Below, piece after piece: positions 27,146 through 35,171 of a stretch of DNA of 64,000 nt. Source of the DNA: an uncultured Acidimicrobiales bacterium (lineage in GTDB: Bacteria; Actinomycetota; Acidimicrobiia; Acidimicrobiales; UBA8190); the NCBI GenBank assembly GCA_963731665.1, contig CAVSWP010000008.1:807678-871677 (forward strand), written 5' to 3'. Made by a program: the position numbers and the translations under genes. Every line of letters begins with the position of its first letter. The first letter of the stretch is position 1. The notes under the pieces were generated by a model. The model was given only the letters and a program-made list of their open reading frames with translations, did not search any database and was not told where the DNA came from.

Positions 27146-27799
27146 CTACCCGCCCTCCGGGCCCTCCTCTTCGTCGAGTCCCGTCGACCACTGCCGTACA
27201 CAGTGTTCGCAGATAGCCGCATCGGTGCCCGAAAAGAGTTGACCGGTATCAGGTGGTTGGCGACCGCAAAACGAACATCCGACGACAACACCTGCCCTCC
27301 TCGTCCCAACGGCCCACGACCGCCTACGACCCCGGTGCTCGGACGAGTGAACGTAGGGAATAGGCTGATTGTGCAGAAGAGCCAGCACCATCTCTCGTGT
27401 CTCTTCCAGTCCCGCCCCCAAACTCACGAGCACCTGGGACCCGACACCTTCACCCTCGCTCAGGAGACCGAGGAGCAAGTGCTCGGCGCCGATGTAGTTG
27501 TGGCCGAGTTGGAGAGACTCACGCATCGAGAGTTCAAGAACTTTCTTTGCCCTTGGGGTGAACGGAGGCGAACCCGTCGGAGCTGCTCCGAACACGCCAA
27601 TGATCTCGTCCACCTTCTCCCGCACAGCGTCCAGCGAGATGTCCATTTGGGCGAGGGCCTGGGCGGCAAGGCCTTCACGTTCCTGGATGAGTCCGAGGAG
27701 GATGTGCTCGGTCCCTATGAACTGATGGTTCAGGAGACGCGCCTCTTCCTGGGCCAGCACCAGGACCCGACGGGAACGGTCAGTGAAACGCTCGAACAT
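27146..27799 (-). CDS. Clp N-terminal (R) double-repeat domain fused to a ClpX-type C4 zinc finger, with no AAA+ module
   Basis: MFERFTDRSRRVLVLAQEEARLLNHQFIGTEHILLGL, plus the second repeat FTPRAKKVLELSMRESLQLGHNYIGAEHLLLGL. C-terminal CSFCGRQPPDTGQLFSGTDAAICEHC. Confidence 0.8.
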   Translation of the reverse strand: MFERFTDRSRRVLVLAQEEARLLNHQFIGTEHILLGLIQEREGLAAQALAQMDISLDAVREKVDEIIGVFGAAPTGSPPFTPRAKKVLELSMRESLQLGHNYIGAEHLLLGLLSEGEGVGSQVLVSLGAGLEETREMVLALLHNQPIPYVHSSEHRGRRRSWAVGTRRAGVVVGCSFCGRQPPDTGQLFSGTDAAICEHCVRQWSTGLDEEEGPEGG

Positions 27800-28018
27800 T
27801 GGCCATAGGTTCCCACTCTTGTGGGGTCATCGCCATCGGTCACTGGAGAGGCCTGATGTGAGGGACGCGCGCAGTTGACTTTGGGGTTGACGTTGACTTC
27901 CCCTTTTCCCTTTGGTTCCCGGCAGGGGTCTGAGGGAGGGCCCACGCGACGAACCCGAGCACGCGGCCCAGGGCTCGTCACCCTTTACCCTTTGGTCCCA
28001 TTGGGGTCCTCAGGTGTC

Positions 28019-28597
28019 ATGCATGGTGCCGAGGATGTCGCGTCTCGACGTGCTTCGATCGAAGAAGCGATGAGAAGGCACGAGTCCAGGCAATGGTGGG
28101 TTCGTCCTCTATTGACACTCGCCGTTCTCGCTGGCTTGGCTGCCATTATTGCAGGAGCCCTATGGCTTGCAGATAGCGAAAGCGCGCAGACAAGCCCTGC
28201 CGCTGGCGACCGAGGCGGGGGAATCCTCCAACTCACCGTGCGGGCTCTTGACCGAAGCGTCCCCCCGGGTGGCCGAATCGTCAGGCACCGATACACGGAG
28301 CTCAGGCGCATAGCTTGCCCACGGATCTATTTCTTTGGACAGAACTACACGGCTGTCCTCGCCAATGTCGTGTTCACGGCCCCAGCTACTGAATCTAGCC
28401 AGTCGATCGACCTCTACCTGAGTCAGCACCATTGGATTGGAACCGGATCGAACGCGTGGGAGTATGACTTCAACTACTCCCTTGATGGACGACGCACAGA
28501 TCGATCTCTCCTTCCACCGGGTAGCGCTGAACAGAGTACGTCGACGTGGGAGTTCAATGCGAATGCACCTTCGTTCAGCAGCTGGGGAGAAAACTGA
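28019..28597 (+). CDS. membrane-anchored hypothetical protein
   Basis: The internal ATG gives MHGAEDV..., followed by one TM helix (LLTLAVLAGLAAIIAGALWL) and then a soluble domain. The track start (TTG at 27875) is judged too far upstream. Confidence 0.4.
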   Translation: MHGAEDVASRRASIEEAMRRHESRQWWVRPLLTLAVLAGLAAIIAGALWLADSESAQTSPAAGDRGGGILQLTVRALDRSVPPGGRIVRHRYTELRRIACPRIYFFGQNYTAVLANVVFTAPATESSQSIDLYLSQHHWIGTGSNAWEYDFNYSLDGRRTDRSLLPPGSAEQSTSTWEFNANAPSFSSWGEN

Positions 28598-28652
28598 GGG
28601 AGCGCATACTCGGGGGTACCGAGCCCCCTTGTATCCACCTGTGGCAGGAGGT

Positions 28653-28764
28653 TTGCACCGGATTCGGGTAACCGGGGCGATTAGCGACCCGCGCAGTATT
28701 CGCGTCGCGCTGAGCGATAGCGGGTGGGTTAGGTCGGAGACGAGTTCGCCAGCTTCGGAGTGAC
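28653..28764. repeat. solo IS30-end-related repeat (left-end type; terminus faces left)
   Basis: TTGCACCGGATTCGGGTAACCGGGGCGATTAGCGACCCGCGCAGTATTCGCGTCGC is near-identical to the IS left end at 22877-22932. The next 55 bp are the inverted copy of 25129-25185. Confidence 0.65.
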
Positions 28765-28808
28765 TCGGCACTGGTAGAGGGAGCGTCACCCGCCCGAGTC
28801 CGCAGGAG

Positions 28809-29357
28809 GTGATCTCGCCTGGTAAGCGCGCGGTCAGTCGGAACCCTCGTTGTATTCCAAGTAATCTTGTGGAGGTGAAGCCGACCTCGGTGAGCTTGGC
28901 GAAAATCCTGGTCGGTTTGGGCTTCATTCTGGTGGGTGTCGGTCCCATACCGCTCTTCATCGGGCTCGATTCGGTGTCTCCCCGTAGCGAGAACTTCTAC
29001 TGGATCGTGACGGCGTTCGGCTACGGGTTATTGGGCGTGGCATCGTGGGTGTGGCTGAACAACTTGTTCAAGACTGAGAACGGCCATCCTGGGATGCGGC
29101 TTGTCCTCAGGTTGGTTGCTGTGGCCTGTCTTGTACTGGGGGTTGCCTACGTGGGGCTCTTCAACGAACTGATCGAGATACACCGACGCTTCTCGCACCA
29201 GGGACTGCGGCGGCAGGAAGTGAGTTACGCGTTGTCGATGATCGGGTTCTGCCTGGCCGCATTGGGATTCTGGATTGCCGGACGTGTTCTGGGCTCCACG
29301 ACGGGTTCTCAGCACGCAAGCAGCAAGCCGACCCCATTGACGACAACGGGTTCGTGA
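28809..29357 (+). CDS. multi-pass membrane protein
   Basis: 182-aa ORF with several hydrophobic helices. Start is uncertain (GTG at 28809 or a downstream GTG). Confidence 0.45.
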   Translation: MISPGKRAVSRNPRCIPSNLVEVKPTSVSLAKILVGLGFILVGVGPIPLFIGLDSVSPRSENFYWIVTAFGYGLLGVASWVWLNNLFKTENGHPGMRLVLRLVAVACLVLGVAYVGLFNELIEIHRRFSHQGLRRQEVSYALSMIGFCLAALGFWIAGRVLGSTTGSQHASSKPTPLTTTGS

Positions 29358-29424
29358 GGATCTAGGTCGTGGGGGCGATGCCTTCCGCCCGGCGATTCGT
29401 TAGGACTCAATCCCATTCCGGTAC

Positions 29425-29763
29425 GTGGCGGTATCGACTGAAAGTACGGGATTGGTGTTGAGAAGGGACGAACAACCCCGGCGCCGGAACCGCATACAAG
29501 CCGTCACCGGTTTCCTATCGGCATTGAGCGGTGTCATGGCGCTCGCTGGGTTTGTCACGTTCGGGTTGGGTGCTAGCGACAACTCGACATGTGTCGCGAA
29601 CCATCAGCGGTTCGGCGCAGGTGCGGACACGATGTGCCCGGCCACTCAAACAACCATAGGCCTGGTGCTCCTCGGGGGTGCCCTGGTAGCGGTTCTGGCC
29701 GTCGTAGTCCTCTGCCTCGTTTGTCGCACCATAAAGCAGCAAGCAAGAGGGCGGGCCGAGTAG
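29425..29763 (+). CDS. small membrane protein
   Basis: 112-aa ORF with two hydrophobic helices. Confidence 0.4.
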   Translation: MAVSTESTGLVLRRDEQPRRRNRIQAVTGFLSALSGVMALAGFVTFGLGASDNSTCVANHQRFGAGADTMCPATQTTIGLVLLGGALVAVLAVVVLCLVCRTIKQQARGRAE

Positions 29764-30039
29764 CGCCTTACTCAGGGATCCGTACGCGTTGTGTATCAAT
29801 CCGGGCCGAGCAGGACGTGCCGCTACAGCTCGAATGGCGTCGGGCACACGACCGTCTGGAATCACCCCCGCACGATTCCAGTCCCATAGTCGCTCAGCTA
29901 TCACGCTCGGAGCTTAGAAGTTCGGCAAGACTGTCAGCCATGGCGTTCGGTCAACAGTCAGGCCCACCGGCCTCGACAAGCCAGGTGAAGGAGCGTTTGG
30001 GTCTCCTCAAGAACGCGGGTTACGCCGACTTCCGCGCAG

Positions 30040-30306
30040 CTACTTCTTGAGTATGACGTTGTGAACTTCTCTCACCACGTCGATCTCTACACCGGGGACA
30101 TTCGGCTTCACATTGTTGTCGAACCAGTTCTGGAAGTCGTCCCGGCTCTCCCATACCTCAGAGACGTGAAACACGCCGTCTCCCATGAAGGCCACGTGGG
30201 CGACGAATCCCGGCGCGGCCAGAACGAGGGGCGTGAGCTGCTCTGACACCTTGTCGTACATGTCCGTCGTCATTCCTGAAGCAGATAACCTCACCAGTAC
30301 CGACAT
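30040..30306 (-). CDS. small ferredoxin-like (ABM/Dabb-type) protein
   Basis: 88-aa ORF. Size and the pattern ...GFVAHVAF..GDGVFHVSEVWESRDDFQNWF resemble antibiotic-biosynthesis-monooxygenase-like domains. Confidence 0.4.
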   Translation of the reverse strand: MSVLVRLSASGMTTDMYDKVSEQLTPLVLAAPGFVAHVAFMGDGVFHVSEVWESRDDFQNWFDNNVKPNVPGVEIDVVREVHNVILKK

Positions 30307-30639
30307 CTTCGCTCCCCTTGGGTTCGTGTTTCGTGTGCTGTGAACAGCACCCTACTTACATCTCCCTCCTCGCGCGCCGGGCCCTTGTCTGCGTGCGGCT
30401 TTGCTCGCGTGGATATATAGGGGCTCGGGATCCCCGAGTACCCGGCTCTCCTCGGCCCGGGGTTGCTGTGAACGGGGACGTTCGGGATCGACAGCGTATG
30501 ACTATCCGCTCTCCGGATCCTGATGTCCGGCTCCGGGCGCCCTGATGGTTGCGTGACCCGCCCCCTGGTCGCCCCACGGGACATGCCCCGCTACCACACG
30601 AGGGCCGGCCGGGAACCCCGGCCCGCCCTCCGTGCTTCC

Positions 30640-31548
30640 CTACGACGAGTAGGAGCTCAAGTAATAGAAGCTGTCGACGGGAGCGTTCGTGGAACTAACC
30701 CCTGCGCCGGTCGTCACCGTGACGTCGACCGTGCCTGTGTCGGCTGGGGCGACGGCGTCGATGGTGTTGTCGTTGACCACCGTGAACGACCTCGCTCCGA
30801 CACCGCCGAAGTCAACAGCACTGGCAGCTTGGCCCAAGTACTTGAAGCCGAACCCGGTGATGGTCACCGACTGCCCTCCAAGGGTGAGGCCGAAGTCCGG
30901 GGCCACCGAGGTGACCTCGGGAAGTCCCGACACGAATGTGTAGTCGTCGGCGCCGTTCTCGTCGACGGGCGACGTGCCGCTCGGAGTCGTCACCGTGACC
31001 TGGACAGTGGTCTTCGATGGCTCGGCTGGAGCGATGGCGGTGACGGCCTGGTCGGAATCCACTTGGAAGCTGGTGGCCGCCACGGAGCCGAACTCCACGG
31101 CGGTAGCCCCGGTGAAGCCGGCACCGTTGACCTGTACCCGGTTGCCGCCGGCGGACGGCCCTCGACCTGGCGTGACGTGCTGGATGGTCGGAATCTCCTC
31201 GTAGGTGAACCCATTTCTGAGCGTGGTGGTCTGGCCGTGGATCGTCACCGAGATGGACACTGCGCCGGCTGCACTGGCGGGCGCGATGGCGTGGAACTCG
31301 TGTGAGCTGTGAGGGATGACGTCTGTCGCCTCCGTCGAGCCGAAGTACACGTCTCCGTTTGAGACGCCTTGAAGATTCTTGCCCCTGATGAGGACATTCG
31401 TACCTCCGCCCACCGGCCCCACATCGGGCTTCGCCGATTTGATCGTTGGTGCGCTCGAACCACGCGCCACCGCCACACCGGCCACACTCGCCGTCGCCAG
31501 GCTCGCGCCAAGCGTCAGTGCGACTGCAATGAACTTGAGACGCCTCAT
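30640..31548 (-). CDS. secreted protein with three IPT/TIG domains
   Basis: Signal peptide MRRLKFIAVALTLGASLATASVAG, then three repeats of the type P.I.SV.P..GP..GG..V.I.G.GF. Confidence 0.7.
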   Translation of the reverse strand: MRRLKFIAVALTLGASLATASVAGVAVARGSSAPTIKSAKPDVGPVGGGTNVLIRGKNLQGVSNGDVYFGSTEATDVIPHSSHEFHAIAPASAAGAVSISVTIHGQTTTLRNGFTYEEIPTIQHVTPGRGPSAGGNRVQVNGAGFTGATAVEFGSVAATSFQVDSDQAVTAIAPAEPSKTTVQVTVTTPSGTSPVDENGADDYTFVSGLPEVTSVAPDFGLTLGGQSVTITGFGFKYLGQAASAVDFGGVGARSFTVVNDNTIDAVAPADTGTVDVTVTTGAGVSSTNAPVDSFYYLSSYSS

Positions 31549-32244
31549 CAGTGCCTCCTTCTTGTCGTATAGACATATCCTCCGCGTACGGCGGGTAGTT
31601 GTTCATATCATCAAAATGGATGAACCACTGCGCGTAGCAGTTCGACTGCCGGCAGTAGGTGCACGTGTCTTGCAACGCGGGCCGCCCGCACCTGGCGGAG
31701 AGTGAGCGCCCTGGTCATCGCCCCGGCTGGCGTGAGGGAAAGACCCGGTTCACCACGGGGTCGGATGCCAAGGTAAGGCCATCGGCGTCCCAGCATCCCA
31801 GATGCTTCTCGAACTGACCGCCCGGTATCGGCGATCACCGAGACTGGGGCGGGTAGGCCGTGGGCGCTCCGACCGATGACAGATGGGACTGGTGATGGAG
31901 GACGCGCGCCCGGGTACCCCTGATTATCGATCGCCTGTGATCGCCGCATGGCGCCAACTTGAAGCCTTCATTCGATAGAGAACGAACCTGAGATACCTAT
32001 CCGCGCGCAGATCGCCGACCAGGCACCCGTCTGGGAACGAGGCCCCGGCCGGTTACCGCGTCAGATGCCTCGGGCCCCTGCCTCGGAGAGCGCTGGTCAA
32101 TGGAGACTGAGCTTGGGCGGAGCGCCCCTTTCCCACTGCCTGTCGAGCGCGCTGTTCGATCTAAAGTCCTGGTCTCGCTCCCCTTGCCCTCGGGAGCGTC
32201 CGATCCATGTCGTACCGCTATGCGGCGCCGGACGACCGACGATC

Positions 32245-32395
32245 GGCGAACGGGCATTTGAATTTCGGCCACATTGAGAGAGTGATCCTCTTCATGGAAC
32301 TCGTGGAACATCTCGCGGCTCTGCGCCGCTAACTGATAGCCGCTCTCCTCGATCCAGCGAGCCAGACTCTTATACATCGGCACTACTTCGTCCAT
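32245..32395 (-). pseudogene. 5'-truncated remnant of a GyrI-like effector-binding domain gene
   Basis: Only the C-terminal roughly 50 residues of the fold are present (MYKSLARWIEESGYQLAAQSREMFHEF...VAEIQMPV). The rest of the 132-aa track ORF is Arg/Ser-rich read-through. Confidence 0.45.
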
Positions 32396-32516
32396 GTCCC
32401 CTCGTGACGGGGCTGACGCCGGCCCGGAACAAGCCGCGAGCTGCCACGGAGGTGGATCGGTTACGCTCTGTGGCCTGCTCTGAGGGCAATCGTCATCGAG
32501 AGGGAGATGTCACGAA

Positions 32517-33728
32517 ATGCCTGCTTGGATCACCAAAGGTCGGAAGTGGCGGATCGGGGCGTGCGCCCTCGCTGCCATTGTTTCAGCGTCCCTCCTCGCC
32601 GCCTGCTCGTCATCGCCGACTGCCCACTCAGCCCAGCTGATCGACAATGCCGCTGTGACCACCCTCTCGATGACGTCACCCACCCCCTATACACCACACG
32701 CCCAGAACGGAGGCACCGACGACTACCACTGCACGCTCCTGAACCCCCATGTGCAGCGGGACTCATTCATTGTCGCCAGTCAGTTCTTCCCCGGGAAGGG
32801 GCCATCGACGGTCGAGGTTCACCATGCGATCCTCTTCTTGGTTCCGCCGGAACTGGTGAGTGCGGCCGAAACGGCCAATGACGGAGGCATGGGCTGGACC
32901 TGCTTCGGCGAGCCACCGGTTCTCGGACGTGGTCTGGGCCAGTTCCTCAACATGCCATGGCTCAGCGCGTGGGCGCCTGGACACGGCAAGGACGTCCTGC
33001 CGCTCACCACCGGTACACCGTTGGCCAAGGGCAGTTTGATCATCATGCAGGTCCACTACAACCTGCTCGTTGGTGACAAACCTGTCAGTCCGAGCGTGCA
33101 GCTCGAGACCGTGCCCGCGTCCGCCAACCTTCGACCCACCACGATCCAACCCGTCGTCGCCGTCCCCAACATCCCCTGCCCAGCCGGGGTCACGGGTCCG
33201 CTGTGCAACCGCACGGCTGAAGTCGCCAATCTCGACCAACGTTTCGGCTACTACATGGGAGCCTTTGATGCGGGCATGGAGACGGTCTGCGGTGAAGACC
33301 CCGCGAACCCGCCTGTGGGGGACTCGACTTCCTGTACCTGGCAGATCGGTCAGGCCGGCTACATCGTGCGGGATATGGCACATATGCATCTGACCGGCGT
33401 GTCAGAGACGCTCACACTGAACCCGGGCACACCTCAGGCAAACACCATCATGGACGTCCCCGACTACAATTTCCACTATCAACGCGCCTACAACCTGAAG
33501 AACTGGGTCAAGGTGACCGCCGGCGAGTCCGTGCAAGTGAGTTGCAAGTACAACCCGACTCTCGCCCAGGAGCTGCCGGCGCTGCGATCGCTGCCACCCC
33601 ACTTCATCACCTGGGGTGACGGCTCGTCCGATGAGATGTGTCTCGGCCTCGTCTGGGAGGTTCCGCTCAATCCGAATGCCACCGTGGATTGGGGACATCC
33701 CACTGGTGGGCTCAACATCCGGGCCTAA
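32517..33728 (+). CDS. exported copper type II ascorbate-dependent monooxygenase-like protein (PHM/DBH-like)
   Basis: Lipoprotein-like signal (LLAACSSS). CuH-type ligands are VHHAILF and MQVHYN; CuM-type ligands are HMHLTG and DEMCLG. Order and spacing match peptidylglycine alpha-hydroxylating monooxygenase. Confidence 0.6.
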   Translation: MPAWITKGRKWRIGACALAAIVSASLLAACSSSPTAHSAQLIDNAAVTTLSMTSPTPYTPHAQNGGTDDYHCTLLNPHVQRDSFIVASQFFPGKGPSTVEVHHAILFLVPPELVSAAETANDGGMGWTCFGEPPVLGRGLGQFLNMPWLSAWAPGHGKDVLPLTTGTPLAKGSLIIMQVHYNLLVGDKPVSPSVQLETVPASANLRPTTIQPVVAVPNIPCPAGVTGPLCNRTAEVANLDQRFGYYMGAFDAGMETVCGEDPANPPVGDSTSCTWQIGQAGYIVRDMAHMHLTGVSETLTLNPGTPQANTIMDVPDYNFHYQRAYNLKNWVKVTAGESVQVSCKYNPTLAQELPALRSLPPHFITWGDGSSDEMCLGLVWEVPLNPNATVDWGHPTGGLNIRA

Positions 33729-33885
33729 GCGAATGAGCTTTGGGGATCCCATCGCTGTTCCACTGCGAGCGCCTCGGGACCAGCAACAAGGTGTGACATT
33801 TCTCATTGCTGGTAGGCGGAGGCGGCGCCTTTATGATCAAAGCAGCTGGCAAGAGCCGACGACTGAAACAGCAAGGAGACTGAAG

Positions 33886-34191
33886 ATGTCGGCAACTCTC
33901 AAGCTGACCCATAAAGCAATCGGAGCAGAGGTCCGTCGTGGTGCATACGATGCCGAGGTCGACGGCGAGCGCGTCGGGTCGGTCGAAATGAACGACACGA
34001 TCGAGATACCAATCGAGGCTGGCCGTCACACCCTGCAAGTCCGCAACGGCCGAAACTCAAGCCGCACGCTGACCTTCGACGCGGTCGAGGGCCAGCTCGT
34101 CGCCTTCCGATGCACCGGGAAGAGGTTCTTGCCGATCTTTCTCGTGTCGTTCGTCGTGCCACGCCTGGCGCTCTCGCTCCGTCCGGTGTAG
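33886..34191 (+). CDS. small hypothetical protein (paralog of 26199-26570)
   Basis: ATG follows AAGGAG. Aligns with the 26199 product and has a hydrophobic C-terminal helix. Confidence 0.5.
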   Translation: MSATLKLTHKAIGAEVRRGAYDAEVDGERVGSVEMNDTIEIPIEAGRHTLQVRNGRNSSRTLTFDAVEGQLVAFRCTGKRFLPIFLVSFVVPRLALSLRPV

Positions 34192-34403
34192 CAGGGGCAC
34201 TCAGAATCGAAAGATCCCTAAGCCACTCGAACCTGGAGAGCAGCTGTGCAAACCGACGCCACGCGCACATGCGAGCTGGTGGTGGGCTTGCACGACGTGA
34301 CGACCCACCCAGAACGCTCTGTCCCTGTTTCTGATCGGGCTGGGCGACACGAGCCGATTTGGCGCCACCATGGCGGGATAGAACCGTCCACTAGCGTGAT
34401 CAC

Positions 34404-35144
34404 ATGTTCAGTCTCGGCGGCCGGGTCGTGCTCATCACTGGTGCGGCCAGCGGCATAGGTCGTGCCACCGCACTGCTCGCCGCTCAGGAGGGGGCCTCGA
34501 TAGGTGCCATCGACCTAGATTCCGCTGGTCTTCAGAGCTTGGTCGATGCCACCCGGCGCGGTGGCGGGCACATTGCCGGGCGGGTGACTGATGTCTCGGA
34601 CGTCGCAGATCTGGCTGCCTCGATTGCCTCGCTTGTCGAGGAGTTGGGGATTCTCCACGGCGTTTTCGCCAATGCTGGGATCCTTCCTCCTCCCGTCCCG
34701 TCACCGGCAATCGACTGGACCGAATGGCGGCGGGTCTTGGACGTCAACCTCACCGGAGCTATATCGACGATCGTGGCGTCATTGCCTCACGTCGTCGACG
34801 GGGGGTCCCTCCTGGTGAACGGATCATCCATGGCCATACGCCCTCGAGAGGAGAGACTCGCCTATGTCGCTGCCAAGGCGGGACTCCACACGGCAGCGCG
34901 AGCCCTGGCGCTGGAGGTTGCTCCCCGTCGAATCAGAGTGAACGTAATCGCGCCTGGCCTCACCGATACCCCCATGGTTCGGCGCATCCCGGGCCACATC
35001 GAGAGCGGGCTTCCCTCGGTGCCACTCGGCGAGCTGGTTCCTGCTCAGGAGGTCGCCGCCTTGGCGGTATATCTCCTCTCCGACGCTGCGAAACACCTGA
35101 CCGGCGCCGTCGTGAGCGTGGACGGAGGACGCACGGCCGGATGA
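34404..35144 (+). CDS. SDR-family oxidoreductase
   Basis: ITGAASGIGRA glycine-rich loop and YVAAK catalytic motif. Confidence 0.85.
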   Translation: MFSLGGRVVLITGAASGIGRATALLAAQEGASIGAIDLDSAGLQSLVDATRRGGGHIAGRVTDVSDVADLAASIASLVEELGILHGVFANAGILPPPVPSPAIDWTEWRRVLDVNLTGAISTIVASLPHVVDGGSLLVNGSSMAIRPREERLAYVAAKAGLHTAARALALEVAPRRIRVNVIAPGLTDTPMVRRIPGHIESGLPSVPLGELVPAQEVAALAVYLLSDAAKHLTGAVVSVDGGRTAG

Positions 35145-35171
35145 GCGACCATCCAGTCCTGTCCTTGTAAA

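Noticed and set aside
30602-30630. GC-rich hairpin (GGGCCGG...CCGGCCC) just downstream of the IPT/TIG gene stop, as a possible terminator.
   Set aside because: No U-tract, and several alternative pairings are possible. It cannot be scored without folding software, so it is not reported as a feature.
30523-31675. 260-aa plus-strand and 287-aa minus-strand ORFs overlapping the IPT/TIG gene.
   Set aside because: These are alternative frames of the same high-GC region. Only the 30640-31548 frame gives a signal peptide and repeated IPT/TIG domains.
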